Assembly: GCA_017504995.1 (NCBI GenBank)
Contig: JAFVQC010000028.1
Location: 707 to 64,706 of the forward strand
Direction of reading: 5' to 3'
Length of the DNA stretch: 64,000 nt
From: Clostridia bacterium
Lineage (GTDB): Bacteria; Bacillota; Clostridia; Oscillospirales; CAG-272
The position numbers and the translations under genes were made by a program. Within the stretch, counting starts at the first letter, position 1. Each line of letters begins with the position of its first letter. The notes under the pieces were generated by a model, which was not told the DNA's origin, did no database searches, and worked only from the letters and a program-made list of their open reading frames with translations. Of this stretch, positions 51,840 through 61,391 are shown one piece after another.

Positions 51840-53381
51840 TCATTGCATGAGATCATCGGTGTTCAGGGTGAACCGTCTGATCTCTCCGTCCACGATTTTT
51901 TGTCCGCCCCTCACGTGATAGGTCGCCACCTCAAAGGTGATCTCCCCCGCGTTCAAGGGAATATTGTTGATATTCAACGCAAATATATACGCGCCGCCCA
52001 GCTCCTTCGCCGTATACTGGATCACCGTTCCGTCCGTCTCTCCCAGCAAGGAGGAATATACCGTGGTACTGCTCTTGTCCGTACTCTTCGTTCCGATTTG
52101 CTCGCCGTGCGCGTTCACCGAAAATCCAATGGCAGCATACCGCAAGGAATCCACCACCGCCACAAGACGCAGCCGAACCGTTCCGTTCTCTCCCTTCGCC
52201 GTCTGATATCCAACCAGCTTCGTACAAAAGTCAAATTCGCTTTCCGATTCTCCTTCTCCCTTCAAAAGACCTATCGGCAAAATCACTCCGTCCAGCACCG
52301 CGCGCCAGCCACTCCAGCCGTATCGACTCAAAACAGCCATTGCTTCGCTTCCCCGAAGAGACGCCGACTCCACAAGGGCGTACTTCCCTGCCTCGGTTTG
52401 AGACGACGCATTGGGAATCGGAGAAAGCTCCTCGTGGGTATATAACAAATTTTCAAGAGTCACCGTACCCGTTGCCTTGCCGTAAAACGCAAATGCCGTC
52501 GCTCCCTCGCAAAAGCGCTCTCCGTCCGATACGCTTCTCGTGATCGAAAGTGAACCCGTGCAAGCGCCAATCATTCCGCCCACATCACCCGAGCTTGCCT
52601 GCAACGAACCGAATACGCCGCTGTCGCTCACCGTGATCGCGCCGGTAGAATATCCGATTACTCCTCCCATGCCGCTGCTCGTCCCCTCGGCAGAAAGATT
52701 GCCCGTAACGACGCAGGAATCTACGAACAAAGGAACGCCCCTCAGCCGTCCCACCAAGCCGCCAAGGCTATCGGGCGTTCCCTCGCAAATCACGTCCGCA
52801 TCCACGTACAGATTTCGCAGCGTCAAGCCCTTTCCGCAGTTCGAGCCGTTTCCGAATAATACGCCGACACGGCAATTGGAATCGGCTACCTCTATGCGGC
52901 AATTGACGATGGATAGATCCACCACCGATGCCTGCTGATCCACACCGCCCGCCACGTTCCCGAATAAACCGACGTAATTGTAAGGCGCGGGATAATAAAT
53001 CCCCGAGATCGTATGTCCCTGCCCGTCAATCGTCCCTTGAAACGTACTTTGATTGATGGCAGGCCAGCGGAGCAGCAATTCCTTTTCTTCTTCCTTCACC
53101 GAGGATAGCTCCACGTCATTGACCGTAATATCCGCCCCAAGCTTCACCGTCTGTTCCGCAAAGGAGCTTCCCTTTCCCAACAGCGTCGCAAAGCCAAGCA
53201 ACTGAGCAGACGTGGAAATACAGTATTCCGATAACGAAGGATCCTCGGTGTACCACGACGTGTCCACCGCTGCCTGTACTGTACCCGCGTCAGCCTTTAC
53301 CGCCTCGCCAAAGCACGGTATGCTTGCGCTCAATAAAAAAATAACAGCCACACAGGTTGCCGTCCATCTCTTTATTTTCAT
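51840..53381 (-). CDS. Secreted protein with GLUG/beta-helix-like Gly-rich repeats and a distinct C-terminal domain
   Basis: Signal peptide; FQGTIDGQGHTISG, VGLFG, GGLVG/GGVIG/GGMIG repeats. Confidence 0.75.
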   Translation of the reverse strand: MKIKRWTATCVAVIFLLSASIPCFGEAVKADAGTVQAAVDTSWYTEDPSLSEYCISTSAQLLGFATLLGKGSSFAEQTVKLGADITVNDVELSSVKEEEKELLLRWPAINQSTFQGTIDGQGHTISGIYYPAPYNYVGLFGNVAGGVDQQASVVDLSIVNCRIEVADSNCRVGVLFGNGSNCGKGLTLRNLYVDADVICEGTPDSLGGLVGRLRGVPLFVDSCVVTGNLSAEGTSSGMGGVIGYSTGAITVSDSGVFGSLQASSGDVGGMIGACTGSLSITRSVSDGERFCEGATAFAFYGKATGTVTLENLLYTHEELSPIPNASSQTEAGKYALVESASLRGSEAMAVLSRYGWSGWRAVLDGVILPIGLLKGEGESESEFDFCTKLVGYQTAKGENGTVRLRLVAVVDSLRYAAIGFSVNAHGEQIGTKSTDKSSTTVYSSLLGETDGTVIQYTAKELGGAYIFALNINNIPLNAGEITFEVATYHVRGGQKIVDGEIRRFTLNTDDLMQ

Positions 53382-53559
53382 GTAATGCTCCCTGTCGTCT
53401 CTTGGACTTCCTCAAAATAATATGTGTATACTATACCATATCCGACACACTTCGTCAATCCCTTTTTTCCATTTTCTTTGTTTTTGGGAAACATTTTTTG
53501 TTTTTTTATAAGATTTTATGATGTTTTTTGCTTTTTATTCCCTTTTTTGTAACTTTCTT

Positions 53560-53719
53560 ACAGATTGCACTCAAAACGCTTGCAAATGGAATATGCACAA
53601 CGATGATTCAGGATTGGCTCGGACACTCGGATATGTCGACTACGGCGAATATTTATAGCCATATTGATAGTACGAGCAAAAAGGAAACGGCACAGGCGAT
53701 TGGAGAGTTGCTGGGGTGA
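53560..53719 (+). pseudogene. Tyrosine integrase C-terminal remnant
   Basis: IQDWLGHSDMSTTANIYSH motif; upstream catalytic region missing. Confidence 0.8.
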
Positions 53720-53850
53720 GGAAATGAGAAAGGGCTGAACCATTTGCTTAATTAAAAGCTTTGACTCAGCCCCTTCTTTTTGCCTTAAGCGTGATAAAAG
53801 GTGTCTAAACAGGAGTGAAAGCGAACAAAAGGTGTATGCCAATTTAAAGA

Positions 53851-54297
53851 TTACATCCAATCGTATGTAACCTTTGTAGCATCCAGACTTATTTCCACTT
53901 CCCAATATTTATTGTGTAAGCACCTATCTTTTCTCGGTTTTCTTATGTCAAAACTCAAGGTTATTTCGTTAAAACAATCGACAGAATACTTGTATGACAT
54001 AAATATACAACCGTTTGTCAATTTGTTAAATGCATCGAGTTGTTCTTGCAAATCAATGATTTTATAGTTGTTTTTTCCATAATACAATTTTCCATCACAG
54101 AAGGAATCGAATTCATACTTTACAACTAAGCGGTTATATTTATAATAGGGAGACCCATCAGCATTTTGAACACCCTTATCAAGATCGTCGTATGTAATGA
54201 TCAGTATGTTATTTTCCAACTGTATCTTCGAAGCATTTGAATCATGCATAGGATCCATTTCCATAAAGTTGTCCTTAGAATATATCTGTGTGTTCAT
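53851..54297 (-). CDS. AT-rich hypothetical protein (island cargo)
   Basis: 148-aa ORF, GGTG RBS, low GC. Confidence 0.7.
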   Translation of the reverse strand: MNTQIYSKDNFMEMDPMHDSNASKIQLENNILIITYDDLDKGVQNADGSPYYKYNRLVVKYEFDSFCDGKLYYGKNNYKIIDLQEQLDAFNKLTNGCIFMSYKYSVDCFNEITLSFDIRKPRKDRCLHNKYWEVEISLDATKVTYDWM

Positions 54298-54391
54298 AAT
54301 TTCACCGCCTTTTTTGTTTCATTATATCACACTTTCAAAGATAAATCAAGGCGTGACCTTTATATGTTGGTAGACAAAAGTGCGTTTTTGT

Positions 54392-54412
54392 TGGTGGAGA
54401 GAGAGGGATTCG
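54392..54412 (-). repeat. Diverged duplicate of a tRNA 3' end (att-like)
   Basis: CGAATCCCTCTCTCTCCACCA vs tRNA CGAATCCCGCCCTCTCCGCCA. Confidence 0.7.
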
Positions 54413-54542
54413 TTCTTGATTTTTGCCCGACGTTTCGAATCTTGTCTTTTGTTACGTCGGGCAAAAATCTTCGGTCACCGTTCACAAAACAACTCACTGG
54501 GTTGTTTTGTTCACTGCGTTCGAATCCTGTTTATATTCTCGC

Positions 54543-54579
54543 AAAAAAACAAGAAGCACCCTCCAAAGAGGATGCTTCT
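54543..54579 (-). terminator. Terminator after tRNA-Ser
   Basis: agaagcatcctc-tttg-gagggtgcttct + T run on the minus strand. Confidence 0.75.
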
Positions 54580-54586
54580 CATTTTT

Positions 54587-54675
54587 TGGCGGAGAGGGCG
54601 GGATTCGAACCCGCGTGCGATTGCTCGCAAACTGATTTCGAGTCAGCCCCGTTATGACCACTTCGATACCTCTCC
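54587..54675 (-). tRNA. tRNA-Ser(CGA)
   Basis: GGAGAGG acceptor stem, CTGA-CTCGAAA-TCAG anticodon arm, long variable arm, GGTTCGAATCC, G discriminator, encoded CCA. Confidence 0.95.
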
Positions 54676-54815
54676 GTATGAACTTTGATTGACCACGATA
54701 TTATATCACATCTCTTTCAAAAAATCAAGAGCTTTTGAAAAATATTTTTCAAAAAAGAAAATATTATAATTTTGCGGTGGAAAAGCCTCGTTTCCCACCG
54801 CAAATTTTTCTGTTC

Positions 54816-55715
54816 TCAAGCGTTGCGCTTCTTTTGCCAAATATTCAACAACACGTAGACACCTAACAGAACCGCGATACTGACACCCAGAATCAGATAC
54901 ATTGTCGATACGGAAACCTGTTTTTCAAAAAAGTACAGATTACAGTCCACCACGTCCCGAAGCTCCTCGACCGCCTCGACGGGCATTCCCTGCTCTTTCA
55001 TTTGTTCGAGCGCCCCTCTCATGGCGTGATTCCGAAGCAACGACGTGCCGTAAGTCCCGGGCAAAAAGGAAATGACCTTTTGCAGTCCCTCGGGAAATTG
55101 AGAAATCGGCATATACGCGCCGCAAAGAAAGCCGTAACCCGAGCTGACGATGGTTCCCACCGCGGAGATCTGACCTTGTGAAGAAAGGAAAAAATTCACG
55201 ATGGACGAAAGTGCCGTACCAAAGAGCACGAGCAACACCACGTCAAGAATCAAGAAAAAAATATCCGCGCCACTCAAGCACCACCCGGTCGCGGCAAGAT
55301 AGATCATACCTCCCCCAAGGGCAACGAAGCTAATCAGCAAGGTTACCGCCAAGGTAGAGAGATAGTACCCGAACGCCAACGCTGAACCTTTTACCGGTGT
55401 CATTGCCATATCCCGTCTCGCTCCCGTGATCTTATCCTGCACCATCAGCATATTGGCGCAGAAGGAAACCGTCACGCAACAGACCGCAAGCAGAGAGGAC
55501 ACCAACTGCCCCCCCACCGCCGCGTCAAGCACCCTCTCGGGAAGCTCCATTCCCACGGGCACGGATAGCGCAAAGCTGTCGCGATATACCTTTTCCAAAA
55601 AGGTAACGTACAGCACCAACAGAATCATAGGCGTGATGAGCGCGGTAAAAAACAAGCCCTTATCCTTGAAAAACAGCTTCGTATTTCTTTTGATCAATTG
55701 TGCCGTCGTTTTCAT
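54816..55715 (-). CDS. ABC-2 type exporter permease
   Basis: Multi-TM; RNTKLFFKDK, GFLCGAYMP. Confidence 0.85.
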   Translation of the reverse strand: MKTTAQLIKRNTKLFFKDKGLFFTALITPMILLVLYVTFLEKVYRDSFALSVPVGMELPERVLDAAVGGQLVSSLLAVCCVTVSFCANMLMVQDKITGARRDMAMTPVKGSALAFGYYLSTLAVTLLISFVALGGGMIYLAATGWCLSGADIFFLILDVVLLVLFGTALSSIVNFFLSSQGQISAVGTIVSSGYGFLCGAYMPISQFPEGLQKVISFLPGTYGTSLLRNHAMRGALEQMKEQGMPVEAVEELRDVVDCNLYFFEKQVSVSTMYLILGVSIAVLLGVYVLLNIWQKKRNA

Positions 55716-56653
55716 CTCCGCTTCCCTCCCCTTTTCTTTTCTTCGTCGACATCATTCAGCGCCTTTCCCGTGACGGACAAAAACACGTCGTCCATTTTCC
55801 CCTTGGTGATCTCATAGTCGAAAAACACGTCTGGATAGGAAAGGATCAACCGAGTCGCCGCGGCGGGATTCGGCACGCGAACGCGCCATGCGTCGGGAAT
55901 CTTCTCGCAGGGATATCCCAAGCCCTTCGCCTGTTCCTCCGTCACTCCGTAAAGGGTAATAAAATCTCCCGTATATCGGTTTTTCAGCTCCAAGGGCGTT
56001 CCCTCGGCAACTACCTGTCCGTTATCTAAAATCACCACGAAGTCCGCCTCTGCCGCCTCCTCCATATAATGGGTCGTCAAAAGCACCGTCATATTCTCGG
56101 TCTTGCGCAGATGCTCGATCACCCCCCAGACGGTCTTTCTGGTTTGAGGATCCAGACCCGTGGTCGGCTCGTCAAGGATCAACAGCTTCGGGCGGTGCAA
56201 CAGCGCGCGCGCAATATCGATTTTCCGCCGCTGTCCTCCCGACAGCTTCCCCAAGGGACGCTCCAGTAGCTCCTTCAATCCGAACAACTCGTCCAATTCC
56301 TTCAAACGGTTCTCAAAGTCCTCTCCGCACAGCCCATATAAAGCGGCTCGGCTCTCCAGATTTTCTCTGACCGAAAGCGGACGGTCCAACACCGATTGCT
56401 GGAAAACCACCCCGAGCAGCCGTTTCAGTCGGTCAGCGTCCTGCTCCATCGGCGTGCCGTCGATGAAAATACTGCCTCCGTCCTTTTTCAATTCTCCGCA
56501 GATCATGGAGATCGTCGTGCTTTTCCCTGCTCCGTTGACACCGAGGAAGGCAAACAGCTCTCCTGCCTTTACGGAAAAGCTGACGTCGCGAACCGCCCGA
56601 AGCGTTCCAAAGCTTTTGTTTAATTCTTTGATTTCAAGGATCGTTTTAGCCAT
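55712..56653 (-). CDS. ABC transporter ATP-binding protein
   Basis: GVNGAGKST, LSGGQ, LDEPTTGLD, TTHYMEEA. Confidence 0.93.
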   Translation of the reverse strand: MAKTILEIKELNKSFGTLRAVRDVSFSVKAGELFAFLGVNGAGKSTTISMICGELKKDGGSIFIDGTPMEQDADRLKRLLGVVFQQSVLDRPLSVRENLESRAALYGLCGEDFENRLKELDELFGLKELLERPLGKLSGGQRRKIDIARALLHRPKLLILDEPTTGLDPQTRKTVWGVIEHLRKTENMTVLLTTHYMEEAAEADFVVILDNGQVVAEGTPLELKNRYTGDFITLYGVTEEQAKGLGYPCEKIPDAWRVRVPNPAAATRLILSYPDVFFDYEITKGKMDDVFLSVTGKALNDVDEEKKRGGKRR

Positions 56654-57212
56654 TCTTCTTCTCCTTTCGATTCTCCCGCAAGCCGCTGAACACGTCGGTC
56701 AGCATTTCGCTGATTTCTTCTTCGTTAAAATCCATCGTTCCGAGAACGATCATGGTCGCGATTCCGTGGACGAAGATCCACATCTCCCGCAGTACCCGTT
56801 GCCCTTCCTCGTCAGATCCGCCCATCACCGATGACGCTACGGAATCAATCGAGCTTTGGTTGGGGTCGGCGCGTGGCACCTCGACGTAAGTCCCCGCAGG
56901 GGTCATATAAAACAACTGAAAGAGCTGCGGTTCTTCTCTGGCAAAACGGATATACGCCATACCGAGTCCCTTAAAGGGCAACGGTTCTTCCAACCCTTGG
57001 CGAACGTATGCGTGATAGCACTCCAACGCCCGCCCCACCGCCGCCCGTCTTAGCTCCTCCATGGTGGAAAATTCCCGAAAGATCGGCATGGTGGAGCACC
57101 CAAGACGATCCGCGAGAGCCCTTGCGTTCAAGGCCGCCATTCCCCCCGCGCGAAGCAGTCCAAAGGCGCAGTCTGTGATTTCTTCTTTCGTCAGTTTTTT
57201 CTTGGGCGGCAT
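56646..57212 (-). CDS. TetR/AcrR family regulator
   Basis: MPPK..., NARALADRLGCSTMPIF HTH, WIFVHGIA. Confidence 0.9.
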   Translation of the reverse strand: MPPKKKLTKEEITDCAFGLLRAGGMAALNARALADRLGCSTMPIFREFSTMEELRRAAVGRALECYHAYVRQGLEEPLPFKGLGMAYIRFAREEPQLFQLFYMTPAGTYVEVPRADPNQSSIDSVASSVMGGSDEEGQRVLREMWIFVHGIATMIVLGTMDFNEEEISEMLTDVFSGLRENRKEKKNG

Positions 57213-57223
57213 GCTTACCTCCT

Positions 57224-57251
57224 ATAACATTCGTTATATAACATATGTTAT
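57224..57251. promoter_or_regulatory. Tandem palindromic operators (likely TetR autoregulation)
   Basis: ATAAC-attc-GTTAT followed directly by ATAAC-atat-GTTAT between the -10 box and RBS. Confidence 0.7.
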
Positions 57252-57320
57252 TATACACCGCAACAAAGAAAAAGTCAAGTCTTTTTTGAAAAAAACTTGA
57301 CTTTTTAGCGATGATCTTAC

Positions 57321-58424
57321 TTATCGGATTTTTTGACAAAAGGAACGAATGAATTTTCGTTGGGATTCAAAATCCATACACGCGCCGTAGATCCGTTCCA
57401 ATTCAAAATGATGCCGTCCCGCTTCCGCCAACGCCTCCTTGGCAGAATCCAACAACGCCTCGTACAATCTGCGATTGATCCGATATTCCGCCTTGATCGC
57501 GCCCAACGCATCCGCCGACACGAACCGCTTCATATTGATGCGACCGTCTGCTTCTCTATGGCTATGCTCCCCGAGAACGAAGCCAACGCCGCTTTCCGAG
57601 AAAAGCAGAGCGTCCGGTCGGGTCGGGATCAGCGGATGATAGGAGATCCGAACCGCACACCCCTTCCTTGTCGCCTCCTCCAGCATTGCCGCCAAAAACA
57701 ACCAGCCTGTTTCGTAATAATCGTCAACGAGATACAGCTTCTTTGCCTGCCTCTCGTAGGTATCCATGCGCACGCTTCCCTTCATACCGATGGAATCCGC
57801 CAAGCCCACCGTTACGCGAAATTCTTCCCCGTTGGGGACCGCGCGCAGAAGCCTCGTCACCGCCCCTCTCATTTTCTCCTCTCGGACAAAGGGACGAACC
57901 AAGGCGAAATTCACCTCTGCCACCTCTGACGCCGCCGAAAGGAAACGATACGCCTTTCGATAGCAATCGCTCTTTCTTCCACTCAGGGCTACGATCTCGT
58001 CGTATCGCTCCCCCAGCTTCTCCGCGTCCCAGAACTCCCCCAGATTCACGATCTCGTCTCGCGCCCCCGGCAGCTCGGTATCCATGGCGTGGGGAGCGGT
58101 TCCGTCCAGTACGGCAATGCCGCCGAGCGTTCCCTCGATCACGATCCCGTCCAGAGAATCGGGGTCAGAGGAGCAGCGATAGTAGGAAACCGCCATTCCC
58201 CGCGCCTCGGCATCGGCGGCGATCGCCTTCATAAAGCTGCTTTTTCCCGTACCGGGACCGCCCTTGACGATATATCTTTTTTTGAAGGTATCCTTGCCAA
58301 AGACCGAATCGTAAAAGCTGACGAAGCCACCGCCGCTGTTTGCGGCGGCAAACAGCGCGCGCGTCTCCTCTTTTTCTTCGGCAATCCCGTTTTCCACCAA
58401 ATCCCTGCGTTCCTTCATAGGCAT
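57321..58424 (-). CDS. P-loop ATPase (PRK06851-like)
   Basis: FAAANSGGGFVSFY, KGGPGTGKS, CSSDPDSLDG, DGTAPH. Confidence 0.8.
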   Translation of the reverse strand: MPMKERRDLVENGIAEEKEETRALFAAANSGGGFVSFYDSVFGKDTFKKRYIVKGGPGTGKSSFMKAIAADAEARGMAVSYYRCSSDPDSLDGIVIEGTLGGIAVLDGTAPHAMDTELPGARDEIVNLGEFWDAEKLGERYDEIVALSGRKSDCYRKAYRFLSAASEVAEVNFALVRPFVREEKMRGAVTRLLRAVPNGEEFRVTVGLADSIGMKGSVRMDTYERQAKKLYLVDDYYETGWLFLAAMLEEATRKGCAVRISYHPLIPTRPDALLFSESGVGFVLGEHSHREADGRINMKRFVSADALGAIKAEYRINRRLYEALLDSAKEALAEAGRHHFELERIYGACMDFESQRKFIRSFCQKIR

Positions 58425-58518
58425 ATCCCTCCTGTCAGCGTTTTTCCATGCAATATAGCATATGCCTATAAACGATCCATGGTGCGTACGTTTTCAATCA
58501 GGCAAAAACGCCTCGTCA

Positions 58519-59091
58519 TTACCGTTCAATGATCGTAATATTGACGGGACGAATGCCTGCCTCACTGTAAACGATCTCGTTGATCTGAGCGATCTGCGCC
58601 GCGTTCAAGCCGTCGCTCTTGACAACGATGCTGGCATCCTCGCCGCTGATGACAGCCACGCACTCCTCAAACCCCTTTGCCACGATGAGGGTCTCGATGT
58701 TCGCCTCGGTCGCCATGATGGTCGCCAGCTTGTTGATCTCCGCCAACGCCTCGTTCTTGGCGGTTTCGGTAGAGGAGGCATTGTCTACCACGCTCTGCAA
58801 TACCTCGATCGCCTCGTCTCGCGTACGCTGACGGCTGACCTGCACACCCGAGAAATAGGAGTCCACGGATGCCTCGGTATTGGCGTTGCTTCCCGTATCC
58901 GCCGTTCCGTCGGCAGACATTCCCGCGGACTGATCGTAATCGTAGCCGTCATCGTCCGCCTTCGCGAAAATCACCACGTTCACGGTTACTGCCGCCGCGA
59001 TCAAAAGCACCGCGCCAAAAATAATAAAATTGCGCTTCCCTACCCTGTGACAAAAATTCTTAATTTTCTCTTTGCATTGTTCCAGCTTCAT
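58519..59091 (-). CDS. spoIIIAH: Stage III sporulation protein AH
   Basis: TM, YF...R.RTR, IETLIVAKGFEECV; operon position. Confidence 0.88.
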   Translation of the reverse strand: MKLEQCKEKIKNFCHRVGKRNFIIFGAVLLIAAAVTVNVVIFAKADDDGYDYDQSAGMSADGTADTGSNANTEASVDSYFSGVQVSRQRTRDEAIEVLQSVVDNASSTETAKNEALAEINKLATIMATEANIETLIVAKGFEECVAVISGEDASIVVKSDGLNAAQIAQINEIVYSEAGIRPVNITIIER

Positions 59092-59156
59092 GATTCGCTC
59101 CTCCGATTTTTTTGTTACGCTACATATATATGGATATCGTTCTTCGTTTATGACAG

Positions 59157-59666
59157 TCAACCTGCCGCAATATAAATTTTGTTGGTCTTTACGTCAAAGG
59201 CGGCGGCTACCAGCGAAAGGATCGCTTCCCGTACTTTGGGATCGTCTCCCCCACCGCACACGATGCCGATCCCCGAAATTTCGGGATTTTCATAACAGAT
59301 CAGAACCGCCTCCTCCGATGAGCCGCTTCCGATCAGCACCGTACTGTTCTGAAAGCCCCCCGACGAGGATCGGGAATCGATGGCGTATACTGCCCGATAT
59401 CCACCCTTTAAGGTCACCACGGCGTGTACCGTTCCCGCCCCCTCCACACGGGCGCAGATCGCCTCTACCCGCCTCTCCACCTCTTCCGCATACGACTCGG
59501 GATCCAACGCATTCTCTACCGCAATCGGATTTTCCGCCTCAGACCTTTCCGCGTCCTTTTCGCCAAGGCTTCCGTACACCAACAAAACCACCCCCAGAAT
59601 TGCTCCCGCCGCAAGAAGCAACAGCTTCCGATCTTTTTTCTTTGATCGCCCTTCCTCTGCCGCCAT
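59157..59666 (-). CDS. spoIIIAG: Stage III sporulation protein AG
   Basis: TM, VEGAGTVHAVVTL, PEISGIGIVCGGGDD. Confidence 0.82.
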   Translation of the reverse strand: MAAEEGRSKKKDRKLLLLAAGAILGVVLLVYGSLGEKDAERSEAENPIAVENALDPESYAEEVERRVEAICARVEGAGTVHAVVTLKGGYRAVYAIDSRSSSGGFQNSTVLIGSGSSEEAVLICYENPEISGIGIVCGGGDDPKVREAILSLVAAAFDVKTNKIYIAAG

Positions 59667-59682
59667 TCTCCCTCTCCTTCCG

Positions 59683-60147
59683 TTAATCGTAAATCACCGT
59701 ACAATCACACCCGTAGCTTTCTTGAATATAAGATATGATCTCCTTAGGGTCGGCAAAAATCGCCGCGTCCCGTAAGGTCACCGTAACCGACGCTTTTTCC
59801 TCTCCGCCCCGCACCGTTACCTCAAAGGAATCCTCGCCCAAATTGAATTTCCGCGCAATCTCCCCCTTCAACCTTTCCGCCGCGTAGCGTTCGCTTCCCG
59901 ACAAAAGCATATCCTCGTAAAGCGCCTCGTAGGACTCACTTGTATCCGTGTCCTCTCCTTGCCAAAGTCCGTCAAGCCGCCAGTCAGTCTCCGAAAGGAA
60001 GGAAAAAATCGGTTGAGCAATGGCGCAGATCAAGCAAAGCGCCCCCACCAGCCGCACGTATTTTTTCAATCCCCCCTCGGGAGACAGCATACCAACGATC
60101 CCGTTCAGAAGCGCCACACCCATCAAGGTCAACAAATACTCTTTCAT
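59683..60147 (-). CDS. spoIIIAF: Stage III sporulation protein AF
   Basis: LSPEGGLKKYVRLVGAL; operon position. Confidence 0.8.
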   Translation of the reverse strand: MKEYLLTLMGVALLNGIVGMLSPEGGLKKYVRLVGALCLICAIAQPIFSFLSETDWRLDGLWQGEDTDTSESYEALYEDMLLSGSERYAAERLKGEIARKFNLGEDSFEVTVRGGEEKASVTVTLRDAAIFADPKEIISYIQESYGCDCTVIYD

Positions 60148-60186
60148 TTTACTTCTTCACTCTTCACTATTACCTTTTCCCTATTC

Positions 60187-61368
60187 CTATCCTGCCGCCA
60201 CCACGGTTTTCACGAAAATATTCAATCCGAGAATAAACATAACCGCGCTCATGGCAACCACTGCGATCATGCAGCCGTAAACCGTCCCAAGCTCCGACAG
60301 AAGCTTCGATTCTCCGTCGCACCCCAACAGATCCGCCACTCCCGTTCCCAACAAAAAGGCAAGACGGGTCATCAGCAAGGAAAGCAGAATGGGCAACACC
60401 AGCAAAATCAGCATCACGATTCCCCCGATCCCGATGACGCTTTTCAGATATTGCACCCCCGCCGCCACCGTTCGAAGCGTATCTCCCACCGATCCGCCCA
60501 CCACGGGGATCACCCCTGCGGACACCGCCTTTGCCGCCCGCGCCGCGGTACTGTCGGCGGCAGAGGTCAGAACGGTGGTAGAGTGAAGACAGGTGGTCAG
60601 AACCGTCATAATCAGCCCCAAAGAAAAGGTGTAGACTTTTTTGATCGCGCCCGCGAACCGCCCCATTCCCAGATCGGGAGATAACGTATTGCAAAGCGCC
60701 AATGCGGTACATAGAATACAGACGGGCAGAACGGTTTTAGCGCAAAGATTCTCGCAAACGGTCAAAAAAACGGACAAAGTAGCCGTACCCGAGGAAGCGG
60801 TGCTGATATTTCCCCCCATTGCCCATACCGCCCCCGTCAAGGGGATCATGGCGTTCATCAAGGACGAAAGTCTCTCAAAATATCTTGCCACACCCTGAAG
60901 ATGATCGATCTGTAAGGAAATGATGGCGGCAAAGATCACCGAGGTGGTACAAAACCGAAACGCGCCCGACATAGACTCCGAGCCAAGGGAATTGCGCAGG
61001 GCGGAAAAAATCGCGGACAGAAGAAGCAGGCAGCAAAGCCGCGCGAATAATCCCATCGCCCGTCCAAGCTCCACCCCCGAAAGCTCTCCGAGTACCCTCA
61101 AAAGATACTCTGCTCCCGCCATCTCCTCTACCGCTTGTCCCACCGCCTCGGGATCGTCGGACGTCATTCCGTCCGCAAGCAGATCCTCTGCCTCCTCGGG
61201 AAGCGCCGAAATCAAATCCTCATACCCATCGGGCATACGGTCAAGCGCTCCCACTCGCTCCTCCTCAGCACAAACCGAGAAAGAAAGGCTTCCGACCAAA
61301 AAGATCAAAAAACAAAGAGCTGCCGCCGTCCTTTTCCTCCGCCTTCTTTTTCCCCCGTTTTCTTTCAC
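60187..61368 (-). CDS. spoIIIAE: Stage III sporulation protein AE
   Basis: Multi-TM, IPVVGGSVGD motif; GTG start inferred. Confidence 0.87.
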   Translation of the reverse strand: MKENGGKRRRRKRTAAALCFLIFLVGSLSFSVCAEEERVGALDRMPDGYEDLISALPEEAEDLLADGMTSDDPEAVGQAVEEMAGAEYLLRVLGELSGVELGRAMGLFARLCCLLLLSAIFSALRNSLGSESMSGAFRFCTTSVIFAAIISLQIDHLQGVARYFERLSSLMNAMIPLTGAVWAMGGNISTASSGTATLSVFLTVCENLCAKTVLPVCILCTALALCNTLSPDLGMGRFAGAIKKVYTFSLGLIMTVLTTCLHSTTVLTSAADSTAARAAKAVSAGVIPVVGGSVGDTLRTVAAGVQYLKSVIGIGGIVMLILLVLPILLSLLMTRLAFLLGTGVADLLGCDGESKLLSELGTVYGCMIAVVAMSAVMFILGLNIFVKTVVAAG

Positions 61369-61391
61369 CGTCTGCTCCCCTCTTTTCTCCG

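Noticed and set aside
54380-54688. ORFs overlapping tRNA-Ser and the adjacent structured element
   Set aside because: Translations of the tRNA antisense strand, a common spurious call.
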